In this document: positions 27,231 through 47,466 of the stretch, piece by piece
Numbering within the stretch: the first letter of the stretch is position 1
Layout of the letters: every line of letters starts with the position of its first letter
Assembly: GCF_009914755.1 (NCBI RefSeq)
Contig: NC_060930.1
Source of the DNA: the human T2T-CHM13v2.0 reference genome, Homo sapiens
DNA length: 64,000 nt
Reading direction: 5' to 3' (one strand)
Position numbers and translations under genes: made by a program
Notes under the pieces: generated by a model
Database searches by the model: none
Told to the model about the DNA's origin: nothing
The model's input: only the letters and a program-made list of their open reading frames with translations

Positions 27231-28684
27231 TTACTCATTTTGCCTCAGTCCTTTGAGATTGTTTCTTACAGCATTATCCTCACCTAATTATTTCCCCTTT
27301 CTTCTCAGCACTTGTCTAGATCTCCAGTCTCTATTGTGCACCTGTCCTGTACATACATCTCTCTTCTTGTCTACTGATGCTGTTCTCTGGATTATTTTCA
27401 TCTCTAGTAGTGATTTCATATTTTAAGACTCACATATATTAACAATTTTGTGACCCTGTTCACAGTCAGATTTATTTATTCACTTTTATTGGTTCTCATA
27501 CTGACCTGTAGATAGCCTTTGAATATTCTTTATTTTTTTTTAATTTAACACGTTTATTGAACCTACCTATGTTTTAGAAACCGTGGTGACCCTCAAATTA
27601 CAAAGATACATATAAATTATAATCTGTCCCCAGGAAAAAACTGTGATGGAGCCACAGAAAATAACGAGTACATACCCTCAAATATTTGGGTTTTTCTACA
27701 TGCCTATACAAAGTCAAGGCATTCATTGTATTTTGTTTATTCTAATACAAACATCTTCCATCTAGTTTTCCTGTTTCCAACATTATGCTTCTCAGTCCAC
27801 TATTTACTCTCAGTATAGTTGTTTACAAAATGAACCCTGATAATTTTATTTTGCTGAAAACTGCAAAAATCTTTGAATTTCAAATACTATCTATGATATA
27901 AATACTAGTTTTGACATACCATTTAGAGACATTTCCAACCTTCCACAAATTGATTCCAAACTGTATTTTTAGTATTATTTCCCTCAACTGCACTCATATG
28001 TATGTTTTGTATGTTTAGTTTTAGACATACCAAATAACTGAATAATATTTTTTCATGAATTTTCTAATATCCTATATTTGCTCTCCCTGTAAGAGTCTTA
28101 TCCCTTTATCTTCCTGAAAATGAGCACTGCTTATTTTTCACAGTCTAGCTCACAGACATTCATAAACGATATCTATTTGAAGCCTTCCAGCATTTAATAT
28201 AGGGTCCTTCATATAGTATACACTCACTGATTGTGGCCACGTAAACTTTCCTTTTGGATATGATTGTGTGTGCATTTTCTAGGCTGACAAAAATTAAAAA
28301 TATTAGTTTTAAAGTAGGGAAAGCATGAAAATATTGCTGTACTTATAGTACCAACAGACACAGAACTGATACACATCAGTCACTTTTGATAGTATTGAGT
28401 GGATAATGATATAGTTTAAGGATTCGCTTTTGCTGCCATGCTCGTGACTTTTTAAATTTATTATTCAGTCTTTACAGAAGTAAACTCTGTTTGTCACCTT
28501 TGATATTATTATCTTTGTCAAAACTAGCTGAGAGTATATACATTATGATTTATGATAGATTCCTTTCTAAATAATATAAATTGGAAGAATATTAATTACA
28601 TGAATGTTTTCCAAACACCTCTTCTGAGCCAGATACTATACCATTGGGTAGAAATTTAATGGTTAGCATTCACAGTTGATTTTT

Positions 28685-29024
28685 CTTTTTTCTTTTTTTT
28701 CTTTTCTTCTTTTCTTTTTCTTTCTTTCTTTTTTTTTGAGACAAACTCTCACTCTGTTCCCCAAGCTGGAGTGCAATGGTGTGATCTTGGCTCACTACAG
28801 CATCCACCTTCTGGATTCAAGTGATTCTCCCTCCTCAGACTCCTGAGTAGCTGGGACTACAGCCGCATGCCACCACACCCAGCTAATTTTTGTATCTTTT
28901 AGTAGAGATGGCGGGGGGTTTCACTATGTCGGCCAGTTTGGCCTTGAACTCCTGACCTCAGGTGATCCTCCCACCTCGGCCTCCCAGAGTGCTGGGATTA
29001 CAGGTTGAGCCACCACGCCCAGTC
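28685..29024 (-). mobile_element. AluS element with long T/C-rich tail
   Basis: Antisense dimeric Alu; agttgatttt repeated on both sides (TSD). Confidence 0.93.
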
Positions 29025-31962
29025 ACAGAGTTGATTTTTCTGATAGACTTTATGGTATAGTGACAGGCCAACATTGTACAAAAATCATACCGATTAATAT
29101 AAATTGTTACATGTTAAACCAATTACTCAGCATAATGAATACGGAGCAGCACAGGTTATGCAATTATATTCATGAGTAAAGGGTGTCTCTGAGTAAATCA
29201 AATATTAAGTTTAACTTAAATTATGAAATTGAGATTAGACGAGAAGAGAGAGGAAGGAAGAAAGTTCTTTGTAAGTACCGCCCAGGGAATAGCATATATG
29301 AGAACACAGAGGCAAGAAAAATAGAAGTTTTGTGTAGCCAAAACATAGCAGGGAAAGAATGACATGAGATGAAGATTGGAATTTGACCATCAGCTGGATT
29401 GTTAGTGGTCTTGACACTCATGTAAAAGAATTTAGCATTTTTTCCTAAGTGCTATCAGAAGCGCAAAAATATTGTAAGTAGGGGAGTTACGTGATTAACT
29501 TTTACTTTTTAAAGAATAATTTGGGCAGTCTTGTTCTTAGAAAGAGTTCCAAAAAACTCATAAAAGCATTCATGACCTGCCACCTTAAATAAAATGTTTA
29601 AAACGAATGTATCTATAGGCACAAAGTCTTATTTTGCTGATTTTAAATGAAATTTAAATGTTAAAATGAAAATTTTCTCATGCCTACCTTTAGAGAAAAA
29701 TTCTCAGTTTAATGAGCAGCATAAAGACAATGTTTTATTCTTTGTCACATAATTTTTTTTGTGTGTCTGCAAAACAAGTTCAAGGCTTAGACTCTCAACA
29801 AATACTTGTTGAAGAAAACAATGAACAGTGGCATCTCAAGAGAATAATAAGACTCTAATTAATAGTGAAATCTCAATAGGCAAAGAATAAGCAGAGGGTG
29901 ACAGATAAGGCTATACTGGTGATTTGGTGACAAGAAAGTGTTAGGAGAGTGAAGTTGAAAATTCAGGAAATTACACTTAATCATATTAAGAAAATATCAT
30001 GTAAAATTGTATTAATATTACTTAGCAAGTAGCATGATTACATAGAAAGATGGAAGAAAGCATGGGTTACCAATGTAAGTGAATCTTTTATTCAGTTTTG
30101 TGTTTTCTATGTTAGAGTGAAAGGAAATCAAGAATTCCTGTAGGGATACTGCCTATCTTCTTGTCTTTCTAAACATACGGTTTCTCCATGGTCATTTTAT
30201 GCAACTTTATTGCAAGCTAGATTTTGATTACTCCAACATTTACGTATCAAGCCTAGAATATTTCTCTCATTGTTGGATAACTAAATGAAACTGCTCATTG
30301 GGCATTTATAGATTCCCCCCCACCCAATCTCCTCTTCCTATGTTCCATAACCTGGTTAAAGTCACCACTAGACACTCTACTAGATGCTGAAGAGCACAGA
30401 TTAAACATACTACAGCAAATGGATAACCACCCATAGTGTAAAGTGCTCCTACAAGGCATGCACAGGAATGTATGACCTTGCAGGGAAGGCATCCAACCCA
30501 GACGGGGGCCTGGAAGCACGAATGGGAAAAGCCTCCTCAGGAGGTAACACATAAGCTGACTGTACACCAACATAAATATAAATATTTATACACCAACAAA
30601 GATAACCAGGCAGTGTTGGAGTTGGGGTAAGCATTGCCACTAGGGGGATAAGTCTAAAGACAAAAAAGAAGAACAAGACCATTCCTCATTCAGAAAACTG
30701 TTAAAGCTTAAATATCTTCCAAAGGTTACATTTGAAGTTGTAAATATATATGAGGCAAGGAAGGAAAAGGCCTTAAGGAATGTCATTCTGTAGTATTCAA
30801 ATTTACGCAATAGGGAATGAACAGGCATTGAAATACTAAATGGGAGTGATTTGATTATATTCATATTTTACAGAAAAAAAAATCACTTCAGCATCAGGGT
30901 AAGAAAGGGTTTAGAGGGATCTCAATTTTGAGGACTTTAGATTGAAGCCAGAAAAAAAATCTACAGAAAGAAAGAAAAGAAAATAGAAAGAGAGAGGGAA
31001 GGAGAGAGAAAGAGAGAAAAAAGAGGTGACTGCTGTTCAATCTCTGTAAGGAAGAACAAAACACAACAAAACTGAAAAATAAACCCCAAAACCCTAAATC
31101 AATGGAAACAGGAATGAAAAAATTTGAGCAACTTTAAGAGAAATTAGTTAGAGTATATAAGACATAATTGCTTGCAGAGCAAAGATAAGAGAGGAATCAA
31201 TGATAACTCTCAGGTTTACTGGCTTGGACAGCAGTGTGGAGGCTTACATCTTACAATGGTATAATAAAATATGTGGCCACAACAAATTTGTGATAATTAT
31301 CTTTTACACCTTATTATCCCTAACCCCTACACTCAGTTATCGTTAAATTGTATTAATTTTCCCCTAAGTGTTTTTGAAACTATTATCTTTCTATCATGTC
31401 TCCCATTGCCTTTGTTCAGACATAGTACATTAACTTATCTTTTTATCTCTGGTCTCATTTTCACTTAAACCCTCCAACAGGATGGCCCTTTTTAAAATTA
31501 TGTGTTTAAAAATGATGTGTTGGAATAATGTTCTTGCATGCATGTCTCTGTGTCTGTGCTATGAGGTTCTTATAGGAATAATCTATATCTCAGTTATCTT
31601 TGTATTTCTACCTCTTACCACACTGTCCAGTAAATATTTCTTACACTCAATGTCTTGAATGAGTGAGTGAATAAATGAATCCATGAATAATTAGAAGAAA
31701 TATACTCTCTCCAATTGGTTGAAGTTTTAGGGAGAGACTCCAATGAGAAAAAAATGGACATTTCCACAATACCTTGATGTCACCACAGTCCAAGATCAAA
31801 TCACAAGTTTTGAAAGTTTAGAAATTATATTTCGTCTGTTTTGAGAGGTTTTGGCTTCAGTGGAATTGTCTTTTTGGGAGCTTTATCTTTAATCCAAGGT
31901 GACATATTCATGCAAATGAAAATTACTATACTATTTAGCAATGTTCAAGGGCATCAGTTCGT

Positions 31963-32182
31963 AGCAACACTGTCTAATAGAACTCTCTTTGATGATGGAA
32001 ATGCTCTAGACCCACATTGTGCAATAAATTCTCCATTAACCACATGTGGCTCTAAAGCATTGATATATGGCTGGTTTGACTGAAGAACAGAAAACTTTAT
32101 TTCATTTAATTTTAACTGTTTTAAATTTAAGTATAAATAGTGACATGTAGGCTAGTGGCTACTTTATTACATTGTGTAAGTC
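31963..32182. mobile_element. MER3-like hAT-Charlie DNA transposon
   Basis: ctgtctaatagaact...gatgatggaaatg...ccacatgtggct...gctagtggctac matches the recalled MER3 pattern. Confidence 0.75.
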
Positions 32183-33344
32183 TAGAATAAGAGGATTTTT
32201 TTCTCCAAACTTTTTCATTTATTGAATCTTGAGTAACTACAGTAAATCATTATATTACTTTCATTTTAGGATTTGCATTTGCATCTGGTTTGCCTGAATT
32301 TGATCATCAAACTGCCTTCCTTCATTAGACCTAATAAGCCTGTCATGAATCTCTCTCACTGCTTCGTCCAATCTGTGTCAGAGAACCTCTGGTATTAAAA
32401 ATTGCCTTGTGAGGCTCTCTATCTGCCTCTCAATTCCAGCATCCTACCTCCAGTAACCATGTCATTTGTAGATATGAATTCAGATTGTACCAATTTACAG
32501 TATCTAAGTAAATCACAATATTTTTTTAACTTGAATGAAATATTATAAATGTCAGTGAAATATACTTTAAATGTATATTGATTTGACAGATATTCTCTAC
32601 CATTTGAGAAAACCTACATAGAAGCCAATTATTATTTTCAGAAGTGACACAAAACTTGCTGGTAATATAAGACTCAGATTATAGTTGGTAAGTTTTATAG
32701 CATTTAGCAGCTTGAAGCATCAAGGTCTCTTTTTCCTGAACTGCATCAGGGATCTCTACACTGTACGCCTGCCTGAAAAGAGAATAAAATCTCCTACCAG
32801 TGGACCAGGACATCATGTCCTGGGAAAGCACTGGAGGCACATGGACTATACCTTGCATTGTGCCATGAATTTTCTTTTTCTGTGCTTCAGGTTGACTACA
32901 CTCCTCCTCATACTTTCTTTCTCTTTTAAGGAGAAACAATTATCAATTTTTTTTACTAGTTTCTCTGTCACAAGTCATCTTTATTCACACATTCCAAGTT
33001 CTTAGCCTTTTCAAAAGCTTTTGTTATGCTTCCATGTAGACAATTTCTCAATCATTTTGACTTAATTGACTGATCTGTGAGTGGTGATTATTTTTAATTC
33101 ACTTGACCTGCTGAGTAAACTCAAAAAATTAACAAGTAATTTAAAAGAAGTATAGGCAGTAAATCAACCATTATCTGTGGGGAACCTCCCTTGATGTTGT
33201 TTGTATTTGCTACTCTCATTTGTACATGCCATAATCAGGGGGAGAAGCCAAGATGGCCGAATAGGAACAGCTCCCATCTACAGCTCCCAGCATGAGCGAC
33301 GCAGAAGATGGGTGATTTCTGCATTTCCATCTGAGGTACCGGGC

Positions 33345-33689
33345 TCATCTCACTAGGGAGTGCCAGACAGTGGGCGCAGGCCAGTGGGTGCGTGCACCGT
33401 GCGAGGGCCAAAGCAAGGCGAGGCATTGCCTCACTCGGGAAGCGCAAGGGGTCAGGGAGTTCCCTTTCCTAGTCAAAGAAAGAGGTGACGGACAGCACCT
33501 GGAAAATCGGGTCACTCCCACCCGAATACTGCGCTTTTCCGACGGGCTTAAAAAACAGTGCACCATGAGATTATATCCCGCACCTCGCTTGGAGGGTCCT
33601 ACGCCCACGGAGTCTCGCTGATTGCTAGCACAGCTGTCTGAGATCAAACTGCAAGGTGGCAGCGAGGCTGGGGGAGGGGCGCCCGCCAT
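33345..33689 (-). CDS. L1 antisense ORF0, open for 114 codons
   Basis: MAGAPPPASLPPCSLISD... starts at the ATG at 33689 within the provided 137-aa ORF. Expression unknown. Confidence 0.6.
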   Translation of the reverse strand: MAGAPPPASLPPCSLISDSCASNQRDSVGVGPSKRGAGYNLMVHCFLSPSEKRSIRVGVTRFSRCCPSPLSLTRKGNSLTPCASRVRQCLALLWPSHGARTHWPAPTVWHSLVR

Positions 33690-34140
33690 TGCCCAGGCTT
33701 GATTAGGTAAACAAAGCAGCCAGGAAGCTCCAACTGGGTGGAGCCCACCACAGCTCAAGGAGGCCTGCCTGCCTCTGTAGGCTCCACCTCTGGGGGCAGG
33801 GCCCAGACAAAAAGACAGCAGTAACCTCTGCAGACTTAAATGTCCCTGTCTGACAGCTTTGAAGAGAGCCGTAGTTCTCCCAGCACGCAGCTGGAGATCT
33901 GAGAACGGGCAGACTGCCTCCTCAAGTGGGTCCCTGACCCCTGACCCCTGAGCAGCCTAACTGGGAGGCACCCCCCAGCAGGGGCACACTGACACCTCAC
34001 ACGGCAGGGTACTCCAACAGACCTGCAGCTGAGGGTCCTCTCTGTTAGAAGGAAAACTAACAAACAGAAAGGACATCCACACCAAAAACCCATCTGTACA
34101 TCACCATCATCAAAGACCAAAAGTAGATAAAACCACAAAA

Positions 34141-35157
34141 ATGGGGAAAAAACAGAACAGAAAAACTGGAAACTCTAAAAAGCAGAGCACCTCTCCTCCT
34201 CCAAAGGAATGCAGCTCCTCACCAGCAACGGAACAAAGCTGGATGGAGAATGACTTTGAGGAGATGAGAGAAGAAGACTTCAGACGATCAAATTACTCTG
34301 AGCTACGGGAGGACATTCAAACCAAAGGGAAAGAAGTTGAAAACTTTGAAAAAAATTTAGAAGAATGTATAACTAGAATAACCAATACAGAGAAGTGCTT
34401 AAAGGAGTTGATGGAGCTGAAAACCAAGGCTCGAGAACTATGTGAAGAATGCAGAAGTCTCAGGAGCCGATGCAATCAACTGGAAGAAAGGGTATCAGCA
34501 ATGGAAGACGAAATGAATGAAATGAAGTGAGAAGGGAAGGTTAGAGAAAAAAGAATAAAAAGAAATGAGCAAAGCCTCCAAGAAATATGGGACTATGTGA
34601 AAAGACCAAATCTACGTCTGATTGGTGTACCTGAAAGTGATGGGGAGAATGGAACTAAGTGGGAAAACACTCTGCAGGATATTATCCAGGAGAACTTCCC
34701 CAATCTATCAAGGCAGGGCAACGTTCAGATTCAGGAAATACAGAGAACGCCACAAAGATACTCCTCGAGAAGAGCAATTCCAAGACACATAATTGTCAGA
34801 TTCACCAAAGTTGAAATGAAGGAAAAAATGTTAAGGGCAGCCAGAGAGAAAGGTCGGGTTACCCTCAAAGGGAAGCCCATCAGACTAACAGCAGATCTCT
34901 CGGCAGAAACCCTACAAGCCAGAAGAGAGTGGGGGCCAATATTCAACATTCTTAAAGAAAAGAATTTTCATCCCAGAATTTCATATCCAGCCAAACTAAG
35001 TTTCATAAGTGAAGGAGAAATAAAATCCTTTACAGACAAGCAAATGCTGAGAGATTTTGTCACCACCAGGCCTGCCCTAAAAGAGCTCCTGAAGGAAGTG
35101 CTAAACATGGAAAGGAACAACCGGTACCAGCCGCTGCAAAATCATGCCAAAATGTAA
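34141..35157 (+). pseudogene. L1 ORF1p, disrupted
   Basis: MGKKQNRK...QNHAKM with a premature TGA at 34528-34530. Confidence 0.95.
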
Positions 35158-35220
35158 AGACCATCGAGACTAGGAAGAAACTGCATCAACTAACGAGCAA
35201 AATAACCAGCTAACATCATA

Positions 35221-39049
<3,829 letters not shown>

Positions 39050-42000
39050 ACAATGAGATCACATGGACACAGGAAGGGGAATATCACACTCTGGGGACTG
39101 TTGTGGGGTGGGGGGAGGGGGAGGGATAGCATTGGGAGATATACCTAATGCTAGATGAGGAGTTAGTGGGTGCAGCACACCAGCATGGCACACGTATACA
39201 CATGTAACTAACCTGCACAATGTGCACATGTACCCTAAAACTTAAAGTATAATAATATTAAAAAAAAATTTTAATTAATACTTTGAGTTCTTCCAAGGTT
39301 TGTCACAATTCTCAATGAACCACACATCTGTGTTTAGGTTTAATTAATACTCATCCGGACAGTCAGTAATTGGTGAGGAATGTTATTATGCATCTCAAAA
39401 GTAAGTGAATCTATAGGAAATTATAAATAAGAAAAAAATGAGGTTTTATACTTAATAAAAGTATTAATAATAAAGTTCTAGTTCTAGAAATCTATTAAAA
39501 TAAATTGCCAAAATTTAATATTTTTGATAAATGGAGATATGAAAGTTAAATGAATATAAATACATGAATGTCAGTGGATTAAAACTGGACTTGAGCAGTG
39601 ATTAATTAATCTGTAAACATGTATGGATAAATCACAAACCACATATAAATGAACATATGTAGACCCCACAGCTTGCATGATAACCACATAAATCATTTTT
39701 AATTCTATATTTTTAAAGAATACAATAACTAAAAATTATCCCCTGTGAAGCCAAAAAATGTATTTGGTATGAATAAGAAAAATTTTCTGATATTTAGTTA
39801 AAGAACAAATTGAAAGTAGACTTTAGTTTGAGCTCCAATATATTAGCAATGAAATATTGCTGTGGTTGAGGATAAATTTAATATTTGGTCTCAGTAAGAA
39901 ATATTGTTTAATGAAATTGAAATGCCTTATATTTTAAACTAGTAATCCAAATTATTCCAATACAAGTTGTTTAAGAACTGCACTTTGACACACAGTTTAG
40001 TCTGTGTGTAAAATTGTATCTTTGCTATCCTTTGAGAAGCAACGTAATGCAGCGTGAGGGTTTCAGATTCTAATAATCATGAATTTGAATCCAAGCAATT
40101 AATGGTATGAATTTGAGTAAATTACTTGGTCTCTGCGTTTCCACCTGTAGTTTCTAATGTTATGTGGATTTTAAGTAATTATATCTTACGTATCCAGTAC
40201 CATGCCCTCAGATCATTTTGTGGGGAGAAAAGGAGTGGTTACGTCTTTATCTCCCAGCCTTCTTTTCTTGATTTTTGGAGAAAAATTCAAGGTATAACAT
40301 CTCAAAAAATACTATGAATAAAATCAAACCAACAAAAATATTTTAACCCTAAATTTCAAAGTAACTTTAAACCTGACAATTATCTAAATCCATGATATAA
40401 TCAGGGTGGGAGGATGAAGAGCTACATTTAGATCAGAAAATTTTCATATAAATTATTTTCTATAGCAGCTAATATAAAATGTTCATTGGGGAACTTTGCA
40501 CACAGTGGTACTCTCAGGTGTTTATCAATAAAAAATTTGAGAGCCATTATTCTGAAATGAACTCTATGTAAATATTTGTTGATATTCATTTATTTGTGTT
40601 TCCCAGTAGTCTATTAAGAGCTGCAGTGGTTTGGCTGCTTCATAGAATAATGCAATAATAATTGTCTTACGTGCATTGCAAAATATGATATAGGATTATT
40701 ATATTCTCATAAACTTCTTAATGTATTTAACAACCAAAGTTTTAGAAGATTGCATATTTGCTATAGGGCTGCATTACATTCTGTCTTGACATGTGATTTC
40801 AGGTACTTTCAAACTGTTTTAAATGTGTAACATTTATGGTGACTGTTGTGTGTTGTGTTTTAATTTCCCTTTTCAAAAATGTGTAAGTGACCAAGGAGCA
40901 ATTTAACAAACTATAAACATGGTGGTAAATACAATTATAAAATATCACAACGTAGAACAATATCAGAATTGTAAAAAGATTAACAGGTTAAATATAAAAT
41001 GACTCTGTATACACTGATGAAAGTGAATCTCCAGGTGTGATGATTGTGCTCAGGGAGCCAGAGAGTAAAGTGCAATATAAAACTATATTGATAAATATTT
41101 GAGGATTACACTTTATAGAACTGGTAATTTTTTAGTTCCTGTTTCTGTTGCATTGACCATTACAAAATAATTTTTACGAAATAGAATGATGCTATCAAAG
41201 ATTTTATCTTAACTTTCAGATATGACGAAGCAAGATAGCAAGTAAATCAAACTATGTATTTCTCCATAACAGAAAGTAAAATAATCTTTTTAAAAAATAT
41301 GGTATATGTTATTTTTCCTTTAAAGGCAGAGGGCAGAAAATAATTAAAGAGGTATTATCTATGCTTGAATTGCTTATGAAAAAATTAAAATGACATGAAC
41401 ACACTCAAATTGCATTATTACTAAGACTAATAAAATCAGCAATTCTACCAATGACAGTTATTAGAAAATAAAGCAGAATGGGCTATTCATAAAATTATTA
41501 TATTTAACATTGTATCAGCAACATATGTAAACACATTTACTATTTTGTATACATGACACAGAATATTTTGCTTTATATTTGGTTTAAATTCCTCATGTAC
41601 ATATTAGGAATTAACTATAAACATATTTGTTGTTTATAAACAATAAAAATGCTTTATGACTTTTTATTTTATTTAATTTAAAAAAATTCACAGGACAGAA
41701 AAATCAATATTCTTATCAGATTATAATGATTTTGCAAGTCATATTTTACATATGAAAACTTGCCAAGAGATCGGTTATGATGGGACATTAATAAGAAAGT
41801 GTATTACTATAGAAAAAAAGTTTCTGCTGAATATCAGCACAGAGAAATTAGTTTATGGTTAAAGAAACATTCTTCCTTTTCTGATTCTGGAAGATAACCT
41901 CTTGCATTTCTTTTGAGAGGAGATAGCTTCCTCAGTAATTTGGTAGATTCTTGTAATACAATTGTAATAGAAACTGCACATGGCTATTGTAGATCAGGAA

Positions 42001-42170
42001 TTTTCAAGGGATGGGTACAATTATGCCAATAGAGTCAATTATTTCTGTTTTTCCATTTAAAAGAGATTATCGAAGTATTTAAAAGCAAACTCCAAAGATA
42101 TACTTTTTATATGTGACTTACTATAAATATAAAGGCAGTTTGAAAGTAAAAGACGAAAATAAATTATATA

Positions 42171-45498
<3,328 letters not shown>

Positions 45499-45987
45499 CA
45501 GGTAAGATGACCAAATAGGAACAGCTCCAGTCTGCAGCTCCCAGCGAGACCAACACAGAAGGTGGGCGATTTTTGCATTTCCAACTGAGGTACCCAGTTC
45601 ATCTCAGTGGGACTGGTTAGACAGTGGGTGCGGCCCACGGAGGGCAACCAGAAGCAGGTGAGGCATTGCCTCAACTGGGAAGCACAAGTGGTCTGGGAAC
45701 TCCCTCCCCTAGCCAAGGGAAGCTGTGAGGGACCATGCCATGAGGGACGGTGCTATCTGGCTCAGATACTAGCTTTTGCCATGGTCTTCACAACCCACAG
45801 ACCAGGAGATTTCTTAGGGTGCCTACACCACAAGGGCCCCGGGTTTTAAGCACAAAACTGAGTGACTGTTTGGGCAGACACCGAGCTAGCTGCAGGAGTT
45901 TATTTTCATACCCTGGTGGTCCCTGGAACACCAGCGAGACAGAACTGTTCACTCTCCTGGAAAGAGGGCTGAAGCCAGGGAGCCAAG
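45499..45987 (+). mobile_element. Inverted 5'UTR segment (first ~490 nt) of the same L1
   Basis: ggtaagatgaccaaataggaacagctccagtctgcagctcccagc is an L1PA 5' terminus, in opposite orientation to the 3' segment and inside the same TSD. Confidence 0.9.
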
Positions 45988-46109
45988 ACTCTTTCTAAAG
46001 TAAATAAAGTGCATAGTTTGTGTGTGTGTACACACACAACACAAATATATATATACCCACATACATATATACACAGTGTATATATATATACAAGCTATGT
46101 ATATGTATG

Positions 46110-47466
46110 AAAAGCTGATACATCTATGTTATTATCAGAGACAATAGAATTTAAAGCAGAAAACAATACTAGAGAAAAAGAGGAACATTTCATAATAATA
46201 AAATGATTAATTCATTAAGAAGATATAATATTATTAAATGCATATGTAATCAGTAACAGCAAAAAATTCTTAGAACTAAGGCAAGAAATAGATAAATCCA
46301 AATTCACAATCACAGATAAACATAATTACAGTGAAAACAATCATGGTTTAAACCTATATTCTAAAGATCTTTCCTGGTAATTCATATAACAAATAAGTCA
46401 GCAAGGATGTAGAAAATTTGAAAATCATTAATCCATTTGACCTAATTGAGTGTTAGGGAACACTATATGCAACAGTTGTAGAGCTCTCATTATTTTGTGC
46501 ATATGAAACATTTACTAAACAAGAACATTTTCTTGGTGTATTAGGTTATTCTCACATTGCTATAAAGAAATATCAGAGACTGGGAAATTTACAAAGAAGA
46601 GAGACTTAATTGGCTCACGGTTCTGCAAGCTGTACAAGAAGCATGGTCGTATCTACTTCTTGGGAGGCCTCAGGGAGCTTTTTGCTCATGGTGGTAGGCA
46701 AAATGGGAGCAGGCACATCTAATGGCTAGAGCAGGAGAAAGAGAGAGGGGGAAGATGCCACACACTTTTCAATACTCAAACATTGCAGCAACTCACTATC
46801 GAGAGGATAGCACCAAGGGGATGGTGCTAAACCATTCAGGAGAAACCTGCTCCAGTGATCCAGTTACCTCCCACCAGGCTCTATTTCCAATACTGGGGAT
46901 TACATTTCAACATAAGATTTGGGCAGGGACACATATCCAACTATATCACTGGCTCATAAAAAAACTAATAGTAAAATTAAAAGTTTTGTAATCTTTGACT
47001 ACAGGGTATTAATAGAAATCAAGAGCTTAATTAATAATGTAATATCTAGTACATCTGCAAATAATTGAAAATTAAATAACACACTTATAAATTAGCCATA
47101 GTCAGAGAAGAACTACAAAAGAATGTAGAAAACAGTTTATAATAATTTAGGTGTCTATACAAGAAAAGAAAAAAATAAAATTAATGATCTAAGCATTCAC
47201 ATTAATAGGCTTAAAAAAGAGCAGATAGTATGCAAAATGATTTTGAAGTAATAATAAACATTGAAATCAATGAAATGGGAAATAAACAATCATTAGAAAA
47301 ACATTTAAAAGCCAATAATTTGTTCTTTGAAAAAATTAAAAATATTAACTTCTAGCAAAACATCACAAAAATCAGAGAGAATACATATTAACAATATAAT
47401 GATTGAAGGACAATAAATCACTATAATTTATATAGAACAAGTATAATATAAAAATATGAACAATTT
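46110..47466 (+). mobile_element. Old L1M ORF2 fragment (continues at 53856-54010); host of the MSTA and HERV-H insertions
   Basis: Degenerate endonuclease/linker-like sequence (atcagagacaatagaatttaaagc, cattaagaagatataata). Confidence 0.7.
46537..46948 (-). mobile_element. MSTA-type MaLR solo LTR
   Basis: tgtattaggttattctcacattgctataaagaaata...atttgggcagggacacatatccaactatatca. Confidence 0.85.
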
